NCBI RefSeq assembly: GCF_006345805.1
Contig: NW_021835782.1
Location: 1 to 38,354, forward strand
From: Octopus sinensis
Lineage: Eukaryota
Reading direction: 5' to 3'
Length of the DNA stretch: 38,354 bases
Below the pieces are notes generated by a model. That model did not search any database. It was not told where the DNA came from and worked only from the letters and a program-made list of their open reading frames with translations. The position numbers were made by a program, and so were the translations under genes. Below, one piece after another: positions 22,840 to 34,994 of the stretch; position 1 is the stretch's first letter, and every line of letters begins with the position of its first letter.

Positions 22840-23577
22840 GCATCTATCGGTCTTCGAGAGGCCCTGAATCTGCGCCCAGAGAAATCGTATCAGCTTTTGA
22901 TGGTGCAGCAGCGTCTTCTGTGGCTGAAGTTGTCCACACGGGAGCGGCAGTCACGCACACGGCGACTGCGTTCGAAAGAGCTCTCTACCGGCGCTACTAG
23001 TTTTTCCTTCCGTCGAGTGCGCTTTTCTTTGGTGGCGAGTTCCTGTTTTCCTTCCGCTTTCTTCATCCCCTTTCGCAGTATTTGTCTGCAGCACGGGCGA
23101 TCATTTGCGACCTCCTCTCAGGACGTCCAGATCAAGCGACTTCATATCTATCTTGCAAACGTCCTTGAAACGAAGATGAGGTCGTCCTCGTGTTCTTATG
23201 CTTGTGGCCAATTTCCCATACAAGAGTCCTTTTGGGATCCTCCCGTCCGGCATGCGATGTACATGACCGAGCCAGCACAGACGACGCTGCTGGAGCAGGG
23301 TGATTATACGGGGTACCTTGACGCAGTTGAGGACTTCGGTGGTGGTGATGCGTTTGGTCCACTTGACAGCCAAGATGCATCCCAAATTACGAAGGTGGAT
23401 GACGTTGAGACGCCGCTCCTGTCTAGAGCAGAGGCTCCACGTCTCACAGCCGTAAAGTGGCGCACTAAGGACGCACGCCTTATAGACAGCAATCATGGTA
23501 TCTGCAACCAGTTTTCTGTTTTCCCAGACTCTCTTTGTGAGCCTGGCAAATGTGGAGGCTGCTTGTCCAATATACAT
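22696..23577 (-). mobile_element. RTE (BovB-like) LINE 3' portion with (TAC)n tail
   Basis: IGQAASTFARLTKRVW..VYKACVLS..LYGCETW..RRLCWLGHVHRMPDGRIPK.LLYG.L..GRPHLRFKD; the 3' UTR ends ..CGAAGACCGATAGATGCC(TAC)n. Confidence 0.92.
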
Positions 23578-23736
23578 ACGACGGGCTTGTTTCGGTTTCC
23601 GTCTACCATATCCCCTCGCAAGGCTTTGGTCGGCCTGAAGCTGTAGTAGAAGACAACTGCCCTACATGTCACACAGTGGAACCGAACCCAGGACCATGTG
23701 GTTGCGAAGCAAATTTCTTACCACGCAGTCACTCCT
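23578..23736 (-). mobile_element. SINE family A, 5' half
   Basis: ACGACGGGCTT..TTTCCGTCTACC..AAGGCTTTGGTCGGCC..GTAGAAGACA..CAGTGGAACCGAACCC. Confidence 0.75.
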
Positions 23737-25770
23737 AGACTAGTAGAGTATTTTTTATAATATACGGCATCGATTTGAAATGATTCCTGATAATCGTGAA
23801 AATGAAATATTCACAGTATATACCGAAACCGTTGCCATCTCCAAGAAAATTCATGTTTTTCAAAATCTGATGAGTATTTTCAATAACTGTGTGAACTGAG
23901 AATTGAAAAGTACCAAAAAAAAGTTATGTACACAAACATGGCGAAAGGTACGCAGTGAATAAGATTCCACGCCACGATGCGCTTCAAGATAGATTTTACA
24001 TGAGAAATTTGTTCCAAGCCAGGACGTGTAATATGCTAAAGAGTATGAAGAAAAGGAGTTTGGGAATTTTATTAAGAAAGCGATCGTATTCTTTTATTCG
24101 ATATATTGATATTTTATTGATCAAGATTGCCAGAATGTAATACTTTTCAATCTTTATTCAACTACCTCCCATTTTCTTTTAGTCATATTGCTTTCAACAC
24201 CTCCTTGGTACAAATCAACACATACCACTATTTTTACTGTACATACCTGTAATAACAGACCAGAGTAACTTAGTTCCGGGTATTAGTTTGACAAAGGTGA
24301 CTACTTACCCCTGCACCACTCTTCTATATACGAATACTATAAGCTAATGCGGCAGGTATATTCAGTTTTGTTTGTTTTTTATTCACGTATCTCAATCCAT
24401 TATTATTATTATTGATGCTGTTGCGAATATGGCTAACAAGCAGTTTATCATAATATTATTTTTATATTTTTTAAAAGTTAATATTCAAATGGAAGTGAAA
24501 AGGTAAAAAATTATACAGATGCATCAATGACCTCTACCGCCTCTTTTGCTCCCAGTGCCCATATAAAATTATTCTCACACACCCAGGAGCCGGTATCACC
24601 CACTTTAAAAATCACTAACCTGGACGTTGATTATTTAATTTTAATGTAAATTATACAATATGTGAAAACGTACAGAAAAATCGAAAAAATTTGACCGAAT
24701 CTGTAGCAATTCCAAGGTATGGAGTAAGGGGTAAATGCAGAAAGTTTTTTATTCAATTTGGCCGTATTGAAGAGGTCAGTGGAGTATATAATTATTGAAC
24801 TTGTTTTCCAATGAGGGAGATATCGTTATCCTTTACTTCTAAAGGAAAGCGGAAGTTAACAACCATCAAATTTGTGATAATCGACAAAAGACTTAATTTG
24901 GATAAGGGAAAAAAAAAACACATTGGTGAAAAAAATATGATGTAATTTCCAGTTTTTGTGAGGAATCTGATTTTCTGGATGATATGAACGTAAAGAAAAT
25001 AAAGCAATTTCAAAGAAAAATGCTGATTAGCGAAGATATATTTTAGTAAACGCGAAAAAAGAAAAACACCAGATGTCTGTAAAAAGCCGTCCATTAAATT
25101 GCCTACGGCTTGATTAGTGAAAGTAATTTTTCATGGTGAGGGATAAAAGAACAAAAAAAAAACCCGGCTTTTGCTTCTGGAGCAGTAAGCGTTGGTTATT
25201 CGTGGACTTGCTGATTTTGTTTTATATCAATTTTCACGTCATTCTCAGTAGCAGGTAATTATATAAATTGTAACTGCATCATAAACAACGGCTGCTGTAC
25301 CAAGTTCATAAAGACCGATTTAGGGCTGTGGGAATATAAGATGAATTCCATGTTTGATTTTTTGTTTTGTTTTTGTTTTTATGTGAAAAAGAAAAAAAAT
25401 TGAATAAAATAAATACTTTAAACGCGGAGATGACACGTGAGACGATAGAAAAGGGGCTGAAATCGATAGGGGTATAACTGGGTGGTTTTTTTTCCTATTA
25501 GTAATTACCTTCCGGTTTATGTAGATTTTATATGAAATTATCTCTGGGAAAATTCACCCGTTAACCCCCCCCCCCACACACACACACTTTATTCATAAAC
25601 TTACTTCATTTGCGGTATGATAACAGCGTATCACACACACACACACAAATATATATATAAACATATATATATATTACATACACACACACACATAGACACA
25701 CACACACACACATATATATATATAAACGTGTATATGTGTATATCATATTACATGTACATGTATATTATAT

Positions 25771-25801
<31 letters not shown>

Positions 25802-25974
25802 TCGTTAACAGCGAGAATGAGGTGCTCAACACCCGATTGGTGAATAAATATTCTTATTTGTAGGTTAACAAATATACCATTGGTTTCATACGGAAAAAAA
25901 TCTCTCAACAATTATCACGCCTGCCACATGGAACGTTGATACTTGTCTCCATCATGGAGTACCAAAGGAACAAA

Positions 25975-26325
<351 letters not shown>

Positions 26326-26371
26326 ATGTTATGTATGTATGTATGTATGTACGTACGTATGTACGTATGCA

Positions 26372-26770
26372 TGCATTTGTGTAGATTTGTATGTTTTGCG
26401 TTATACATGTATTCTCATGGATATAGTTGCATATCTAGACATGCTCATATATATTTAAAAGTTTCACAGATTTTTCCAGTTCCAGTGATGGATTGGATCT
26501 GTAGTCTTCGAATTAGCTTTCTCCTTTCTAGTTTTCAGAAGCCTAATTTCTCAAGATTGGTAGCAGGCCAGTGTGTTACATATCCCAGCGCCCCGATAAT
26601 ACAGGTGTAAACCTGACACTTCTAATCTGATAGAGTAACTGCAGATTTCTCAATAGTTCAGCGTAGGTGTTCTCTTTTCACTGATCTTCAGCTTTATGTT
26701 AACATCTGTCGGGCAATAATTTCACAACTGGTCACAGTTTCCCTCCTTATCCCAAATCTTTTATGAATAT
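26372..26770 (-). mobile_element. RLE-type (R4/Dong-like) non-LTR retrotransposon 3' fragment, second family, flanked by (CATA)n
   Basis: Frameshifted translation IWDKEG..VVEI..P.DVNIKLKISEK.NTYAELLRNLQLLY..P.IIGALGYVT..NLEKLGF..LIRRLQIQSITGT.KIC, a PD-(D/E)xK RLE C-terminus. Confidence 0.8.
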
Positions 26771-27139
26771 GTAGTCCTTATTCTGTTAGTTCAGGTATGT
26801 ATGTATGGATGTATTATGTAGTTATGTATGATGTATGTATGTATTGTATGTATGTATGTATGTATGTATGTATGTATTCATGACGTTAATGCAAACGTGA
26901 TATATGGAGACTGCAACACCTAGTGATATCTATTTTCAATTTACGGAAATATTCAAATCTCATGTCGAAATCGAGAGAGATGAAGCAAGTCTTCGCTATG
27001 ACAAGATCCGACCACAATAAAAGACTAAAAGGAGAAACTGAGCTAAAGGCTCGCACGCACCACACACATACAATACACACACACGACACACACACACACA
27101 CACACACACACCACACACACACATACACATACAATCAAT

Positions 27140-27150
27140 AGGTAGTAGAT

Positions 27151-27189
<39 letters not shown>

Positions 27190-27244
27190 TAGATAGTATA
27201 GATAGATGAGGATGGATGGATGGAATAGATAGATAGATAGATAG

Positions 27245-27304
<60 letters not shown>

Positions 27305-27363
27305 AGGTAGGTAGGTAGTAGATAGATAGATAGATAGAAGATAGATATATAGAGAATAGATAG

Positions 27364-27425
<62 letters not shown>
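27140..27425. repeat. (GATA)n array at the 3' junction of Tx1 copy 2
   Basis: Direct tandem repeat. Confidence 0.95.
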
Positions 27426-27426
<1 letters not shown>

Positions 27427-27726
27427 CTTTCTTTTATTAGCCACACAGGGCTGAATACAGAGGGGACAAATACAAATGCAGAGCTTTTCTTTTCGAGGGT
27501 GGAAAAAAAAAAAATGTAAGATTGCGATCAAAAGGGATCGAGAGGAGGGAAAAAGGGAAAAAAAAAGGAAATCGTGTATCACAGAAATAATGATGTAAAC
27601 ATTGATATAACAAGATTGGGTTCATCCGTGGAAAGAAAAGCCTACAGAAAAAGACCACGGGAACCCCAGTCAGGGAGGAAATAAACCACATGAGGTCAAA
27701 AATGCTCTCTTTCTTCTTTTTACGAT

Positions 27727-30700
27727 CTACAGGATCATGCTCAAAATGGTTTCGTTACTAGCACGCACCATCTTTGCAACATTCACCCATCTTTTTTTGA
27801 ATCTTTCGCGAGACAAAACTTCCCTCTCCATTCTCACCTTCCTTTTCAAGTGGTACTTGAAAAAGTTGATGAGCGATTGGCCAGAGAGGTAAGTGTTTGT
27901 CTCTAATCCTTTCGCTCGAGTCCACCACACACATTCTTTCACCATGGCCACCAGTACGATGAAAACTGCCTTGCCTTCCCGGTTGAGGGAAGGGGGCGGA
28001 GCAATTCTCACGATAGACTCGGCCGATAGGCGGATTCGTCCCACACGTGACAGCAGCCGTTCGGCATAAGCCCACAGGTCGGAAATGGTTGGACATTGCA
28101 CGAGTGCGTGCAGAACGGTTTCGTCGCTCTGACCGCATCTCGGGCAAGTCGGTCCAGTGTGTCTGGAACCGTGTCTGTAGAGCTTATCCCGAACAGGTAA
28201 TGCTTCTCGATAGCACTGCCAGGCCAGGGATCTTTGGTGATTGTTCATAGGTCCCGGCCCGAAAGTTGTCCTGAACAGGCGGGTCAGGTGTTCCTCGTCG
28301 ACGCCCAGACTCTGCCCGAGTTCGTCGTCGCACCTCCCCTCCACTAATCCTCTATAGAATGCCTTTGTTGTGATGGAGTCGCACAAGTTCGATCCCGGAC
28401 GGCAGAGTTGCTTGAGAGCAACGCGACACTCGCGTGGTGCCATTCGCCTAGCCTCGGTCTCTGCTTGATCCATGACTGTAGTTCGTCCAAGGAGACGAGC
28501 TGCGGGAAAGCGCGCCGCACAAAAGGCGACCACCCCTGTTCACCGTTGTCTATGAAGCGCCGGAGATGTCGCAGTCTCAGCGCATGTCTGCGCATCATCA
28601 ACCACGGCATGCCCAGCCCTCCATTTAGCGGGTGTTGGCAGCAAATGGATCGCCTAACCATCGGAACGTTTCCCTTCAACAAGAAAGAGTATGCGTTCCA
28701 GTTTGGTGATGGTAGGGTCGGGACAAGGCACGACGGTCAGACGATACTCGATGACGGATGCGATGTACGCGTTCGCCACCTCCGCCCGACCTTTTAGGGA
28801 TAGCTTTCTCTCAGTCCATTTCTGGGTGAGAGTAGCCACCCTAGTCGTTATCTCGCCCCAGTTCTTCTCCATTTGGAGGTCCGGACCGAACCAGACCCCG
28901 AGCAATTTAACCGGTCCGTCCGTCCAGCGTCCCACGATGGAGACGCTGTTGGACGGCATGGGCTTGCTTCTCCAGGTGCCGAGCCGCAAGCCCACTGACT
29001 TCCCGGTTAATTTTTGCTCCCGTTACCGCTTCGTATTCTTTCAGTGTCTCGCCGACCAGCTCGATGTGCTCGTAGCTCGACACTATGACGGTGACGTCAT
29101 CCGCGTATGCAGACACGCTCCTCCCGCATCCCAGCTCTCGTGGGATGCCCCTCAGCGTCGCCAGTTTCCGCAGTAGTGGCTCAAGAGTCAGTACATACAG
29201 CAGCGATGAGAGGGGGCATCCCTGACGAACCGAACGCATGATGTTAAAAGGTCTGGATAGATGACCATTTACGCGAACTACTGAGCGGATGCCGCTGTAT
29301 AAGGCAGCGATCCAACCGCGGAAAACTGGACCGAAACCAGCCGCTTTGAGGACAGCCTCCAAGTAGTGATGGTCTACCCTATCGAAGGCTTTTGATTGAT
29401 CCAAATTGATCAGCGCCCCACCCATGCCAGGATTTTTAACTACCCTGTCTATGATGTAGCGCATCAGATGGAGGTTGTCATGAATACTTCTACCCGGCAC
29501 GGCGCATGTTTGCGCCTTGTCGATTAGTTTCTTGATGACAAGCGCCAACCTCTCGGCTAACACCTTGGCCAAAATTTTCAAATCTGCGTTGAGCAGAGTG
29601 ATGGGCCTGAAATTATCTATGACGTCCCCCTTGTTTGGGTCTTTCTTGATCAGTGCCACTGCTCCTCGCTTTACAAAAGCAGGAATACTCCCGTTCTGCT
29701 GCCAGTTGCAGTAGACAGCTGCCAAGACGCCTCCAAACAAGTCTGGCATATGAAAATAAAATTCGTAGGGCAGACCATCCAAGCCTGGTGACTTGTCTCT
29801 CGCGCAGCCTACCATCGCATCCTGTACGTCCGCAGCTGTGATAGGCTTTTCACAAGACTCCACCTCCCTTGCTGAGAGTCGTGGCAAGGCATGCAGGTAG
29901 GCACTAAAGTCCACTCTGCTTTCTGACTCACCACTTGTCCCAAACAGTTGGGTGAAGTGTTGTTGAAAAACCCACACATCCTTTTAGGCTCGAGCAATTC
30001 GCGCCCCTGTTCATCTATAAGAGACTTGATGGTGGCTCTGTTGCCTCGTTGCGTCTCCACCACTCGGGCCTCTTGGGCGGCTCCAACTCCTTCGTTCCTC
30101 AGAGCACGCATCCTAGCTCTGACAACGCATCCCTCGTGTTTGGCGTTGAGGTGTTGGTCGAGGGCCAATCTCGCCGCCAGTACGTTGGACGCGATGCCAG
30201 TTCTAAGTGCCTCTTCTAAAACCTTAACTAATTCTCCCTCTATTCTATTTCGGTCTAATGCTAGGCTCTACTGTATCTGACTGATTCTGCTTTAATCGCT
30301 TTTTTAGGGCATACCACCATCTGTTGTTGATGATGGTACCCGTCAAAGCTCTCTTAACTAATGTGCTGATCCGGTCCCTGTAAACCTGTCGTGCTGTAAA
30401 AGACGCGTTCAGTTTCCAGTAACCAGGACCCTGCCTATGTGTCTTATCTAAGTCAAGTGTACAAGTCACAAACTTGTGATCTGTGTAACTGACTATATGA
30501 AATTGTGGACAACCTACACTATTTTTATCTATTGTCCTACAGAATACTCTATCTAAGTATGATCTGGACGACCCGATGCGGTTACTCCATGTCCACATTG
30601 GCACATTCGGGTGGTCCAGTCGGTACCTGTCAGACAGTTGGAAACGTCTGAGCAGGTCTTTGAGGCATTTGCATCCCCTTCTATTGCTATCTCTGCCCAC

Positions 30701-31157
30701 GTAGTCTAGATGCGTGTCCAGGGTGGCATTCCAATCCCCCACTAAAAGTAAAGGACGAGACGTTCCCATGAAAGACTCTAGACGTCGAAAGAAATCTGGT
30801 CGGCCTGTTAAGGACGGAGCATAAACTGCTATCAGTCGAAAAGCACACTCATTGCTGCCATCGACATCCAAAACGACCAGCCTACCCTCCGGGTCTAGGA
30901 AATTTGCTCTTACTTTGAGATCCAGACTCTTCCGGATAAGCACCGCGGTGCCACCTCCGCCCATTCTCGGTAGACACGAGAGAAAAATAAATGTTGAAAT
31001 GTGTACCGAAAATGTGCTGGAGTGCCCGCAAGCTGTGGAGTCTGGTCTCACTGATGGCTATGATATTCAGATTTAGTGACTTGATGTCATTTAACAGGTA
31101 GCCTTGTTTCCAAGGCGACCCCAAGCCACGTACATTTATACTACCTATTCTGAGCAT
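27727..31157 (-). pseudogene. LINE ORF2: AP endonuclease + reverse transcriptase + zf-RVT, broken by about six small indels
   Basis: SINVRGL, ISET, VYAP, LVGDWNA, SYLDR, YTDHK, GPGYWKLN; KSPGLDGLPYEFY, FRPITLLNAD, LDQSKAFDRVDH, VRQGCPLS, AYADD; [19 protein letters not shown]. Confidence 0.95.
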
Positions 31158-31198
31158 GTTCCGATAAAAGTGCAAAAAAGGAAAGGAGAGAGAAAAGG

Positions 31199-33350
31199 TT
31201 ACTTGTTTTTCGAAAGTTCTTTGTCTTTCACCTCACGGTCTTCTTCTATGAGGCTTTTATACAGTTTTTTCGATGAGTACTTTTGAAATCTCCCTACTGC
31301 ATCAGGGTAAAGAGATTTCAGGGGCTGTATGTGTTCTGTGTCCACGTGTATTATTTTAATGTGTTGTGGTGTGTTGTGTGTGGGTGGTTACTTGTTTTAT
31401 GTCGTTTTCAGTAATGTTAGTGTTTGACCTAATGTGTTCCATTAGGTCGTGGTTGTTTGTGTTTATGGCTGTCAACATTTTTGGGGGGGTTTGATGATGG
31501 TGTGTTTGTGTTGATGTGTGTGTTTTCTGTGGATGTTTTGTTTCGGGAGTGGTGTATCTTCCCGCTTTGTTTGTTATTTTTTCTTTTCTTTTTTTTCCCC
31601 TTTTTCTTCTCCCCCCTGTGGCTATTTGCCAATCTTCCGTGTCTTCTTCGTCTAATGACAGATCAGACGAATCGGAGTCTGGAAGAGGGAAAGTATTGGG
31701 GTCTATTGTCGACTGTGTTGGTTTTGTTGTTGGTGTTGGTTGGTGAGCGTTGGTTGTGGTGTATGCGGTTTTGGATGTGGGGTTTGGGTATTTTGTGTTT
31801 GAGTGATTGTGGGTATTGTTGTGTTGTTTAGGGTCTCAATTTTGTGGGGATTTGGAGTTGTAATTGTTTCTTCATTTTTGCTGGGTGTCTTTTTGGCAGA
31901 TGTCCTTGGTTTGGGAGTTGGTATATTCTTGGTTGTTGTTGTTGGTGATGCTGTGCTTCTGTTCTTGGTGCTGCAGTTGGTGTGGTTGTTTGTTTGGTGA
32001 GGTTTGTTCCTGCAAAAAGTGGTGTGGTAGTAAACCTTGTTTATTTGTTTTTGTTTCCGGCTGCTGTTGTTGTTGCTGTTGTTTTCTTGCGGTAGATTTG
32101 CAGTCTTTTTTGAGGTGTTGCTCACTGCCGCATATGTAGCAACGTGGTCTTCTGCCATCGACGACCACATATAACTTGTGGTCGTCTGATACACATATCT
32201 GGGTGGGTATTTTTTTTTATATCTTCATGATGTATATGTAGAAGAAATTCTATTTTTTTTCCCACCCAGTTTTTATGCTCTGTGACTGGTTTCCAAAATA
32301 GTATAATTCGCCATTTTTACGCATAAGGCCTTTACAAGCCATAGACTATTGGCTATTTTGGGGACATTGTTTAGAGTGATCTTAGTCACTTTCTGTCCCC
32401 GATAGCTTGGTGTAAGTTGGAGTTCATCTGAGTGAAGAGTTAGCGTTGAGAAATGTCTAGCTAACTCTTCGGTGTAGAAAACAACTTGTATGTGGGCAAA
32501 TTTGTTCCACCAGGTTACATATTCTTTGTGATCCCAGATGGGTTTCAAGCACTTCTCTATTTTGCTTGTGTTGGCCTTCTCTGGGATTTTTGTTTTTTTT
32601 GTTAACTATTTTATAAATGATTGTTCGTCTTTTTTCATTTTCCAAAAATGTCTTCTGGTATGTTTTATTTTTACTATACCTTCTGATTCTGTTATTTTGA
32701 TGTTCGTGTCCTGTATTGTTGAGCCGTAAAGTATGTTGTTTTTTTTCTTTAATCGCCTCAGCGAAATTTGTTGTTGTTTTGTTATTGTTGTTGCTTGTGG
32801 TGATGTTGTTGTTGGCTGCAGTTTGTAAAATTGGTGTGTTTGGTTCGATCGTGCAAGTAGGAAGGGGTGGAAAATTGCCTGCGTACTTTAGTCCTGCACT
32901 AGGGCAAATTCGACATTTCGTTTGCTTGTCGTCGTTATTTTTTCACTTGTTGGTGATGGAGTGAGCAGTGGTTGAAGGGAATTGTGTTGTCGTCGTTGTT
33001 GTTGTTGTTGTTGTTATTGTCGTTCTTGGTGACGGCGGTGGTGTTGGTAGTATTAGTAGCATTGACGGCACGGTCTTTGGTGGCGGTGATGGTGATGTTG
33101 GTGTTGTTATTGGTGGCGATATCTTTAGTAGGGATAGCAGTTTTAGTAGCAGATTCTGCCATGGTGTGGTGGTGGTGGTGGACTCACTGATGGTGTTGAC
33201 GGTGCTTGGCCTTGCGACCTTTGTTTGTATTTGTTGCTGTTGATGGTGGTGGAGTTGTCAGGTTCGGCGTATGCTAACAGAGCATCCTGTTTTTCTGTTT
33301 CTGCGTCACGCTTGACTTGCAACTCAGCCTCGTGGTGGCCAAGTGGCCAT
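31199..33350 (-). pseudogene. LINE ORF1 (gag-like), low-complexity T/N/Q/K regions, single CX2CX4HX4C knuckle, frameshifted
   Basis: DGRRPRCYICGSEQHLKKDC at ~32100-32160; TAA at 31199-31201; start position approximate. Confidence 0.8.
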
Positions 33351-33559
33351 TTTGGAAATAAAATGGCTAAATGAAACCACGAAGGCTATGAGAATTTTTT
33401 TTTAAATTTTGCCCCTTGTGTCGATATTTATCAAAGGTTTAGAGTGGATGTTGTTGCACAACTTTTAAGCACAAAATGTTTGTCAATATACACTTTTAAA
33501 TAGTCAAAATAAATGATTACCTTCGGAGCTGAAACGACATCACATCCGTCAATAGAGAG

Positions 33560-33561
33560 AT

Positions 33562-33623
<62 letters not shown>

Positions 33624-33624
33624 G

Positions 33625-33670
<46 letters not shown>

Positions 33671-33681
33671 ATAGATAGAAG

Positions 33682-33712
<31 letters not shown>

Positions 33713-33794
33713 TGGATGGATAGATAGATAGATAGATAGATAGATGGTAGATAGATAGATAGATAGATAGAGATAGATAGATAGATAGATGGAT

Positions 33795-33829
<35 letters not shown>

Positions 33830-33915
33830 TGGATAGATAGATAGATAGAAGATAGTAGATAGATAGATAGATAGATAGAAGATAGAGTAGATAGATAGAT
33901 AGATAGAAGGATAGA
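33560..33915. repeat. (GATA)n array at the 5' junction of Tx1 copy 2
   Basis: Direct tandem repeat. Confidence 0.95.
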
Positions 33916-34103
33916 AGTGATTGTTGTGTTATAAGAAGCTTGCTTCACAGCCACATGGCACATGATAAATGTTTCTACTATAGCCTGGGCCGACCAAAAC
34001 CTTTTCAGAGGGATTGGTGACTGTAACTGAAAAGAAGCCCGTCGTGTATATATATATATATATATATATACTTTATTTAAAGCAGCAGAAAATTCAACAA
34101 AAC

Positions 34104-34140
34104 CTGTTTCTCTGATTTCACGTTGCCGCTCGTCGGACAG
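34104..34140 (-). ncRNA. Hammerhead motif (family 2 variant)
   Basis: CTGT-CCGACGA-GCG GCAA CGT-GAAA-TCAGAGAA-ACAG; homologous to 1617-1654. Confidence 0.65.
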
Positions 34141-34370
34141 TTTTTGCTAGAATAGAACCGATATGTAATTTCATCCAGACTAGTATAAAACGCTACACCT
34201 TTGAAAATGGACTTGTGATTGGTCCTTTACAAATAACGCTCAATTTTCGAGCGATAAACAAATGAGCTGAAAATTGAGCGTTATTGTAAAGGACCAATCA
34301 ACAAGCATTTCCAAAGTGTAGCGTTATACTAGTCTGGATAGATTGACATATCGGTCTATATCTAGCAAAA

Positions 34371-34405
34371 CTGTCCGACGAACGCACGTGAAATCAGAGT
34401 AACAG
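34371..34405 (+). ncRNA. Hammerhead motif (family 2 variant)
   Basis: CTGT-CCGACGA-ACG CA CGT-GAAA-TCAGA-GTA-ACAG; homologous to 1617-1654. Confidence 0.65.
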
Positions 34406-34508
34406 GTTTGTTGAATTTTTGCTGCTTTAAATAAAGCATATTACTCTACCACTGGTATTTGAGTACTCTTTTTTCCACCTTGTTTCACATTTATGTGTTT
34501 ACTCCGGT

Positions 34509-34547
<39 letters not shown>

Positions 34548-34829
34548 ATTATATATATATATATTATATATATATTATATATATATATATAATATATTAT
34601 ATACCTTTACATATATGTATATATGTATTTGTGTATCTGTGTTTATTCCGCCCAATCGTCTGGCAATCGATTTTGGTGTTGTACGTCCTCGTAATCTAGC
34701 GGTTCGGCAAAAGAGACTGATAGAATAAGTACTAGGCTTACAAAGAATAAGTCTTGGATTTGTTCGACTAAAGGCAGTGCTCCAGCATGACCGTAGTCAA
34801 ATGTCTGTCTTTCTGCCTCTGTCTATCTA

Positions 34830-34902
<73 letters not shown>

Positions 34903-34994
34903 ATATAATATTTATTAGATAGACAGAGGCAAAAAGACAGACAGACACAGATAGATAAATAATAGATCGATAGATAGATAGATAGATAGATATG

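Larger units (their letters stand above)
27428..33558 (-). mobile_element. Apparently full-length Tx1/L1-type LINE (~6.1 kb), copy 2
   Basis: 5' UTR, ORF1 with CCHC knuckle, ORF2 APE-RT-zinc finger, 3' UTR with AATAAA; (GATA)n on both sides. Confidence 0.93.
34071..34510. mobile_element. Fold-back PLE family 2 element with two outward-facing hammerhead motifs
   Basis: Arms 34071-34252 and 34266-34436 inverted around a 13-nt loop; 74-nt unpaired tail at 34437-34510; (TA)n on both sides. Confidence 0.85.
33917..34807 (+). mobile_element. SINE family A, split by a palindromic HHR element inserted in its internal (TA)n
   Basis: 5' half 33917-34045 ends AAGAAGCCCGTCG; 3' half 34625-34807 contains TAGCGGTTCGGCAAAAGAGAC..GTGCTCCAGCATG. 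Confidence 0.85.

Noticed and set aside
22897-23646. 249-aa plus-strand ORF
   Set aside because: Antisense to the RTE ORF and runs into a SINE
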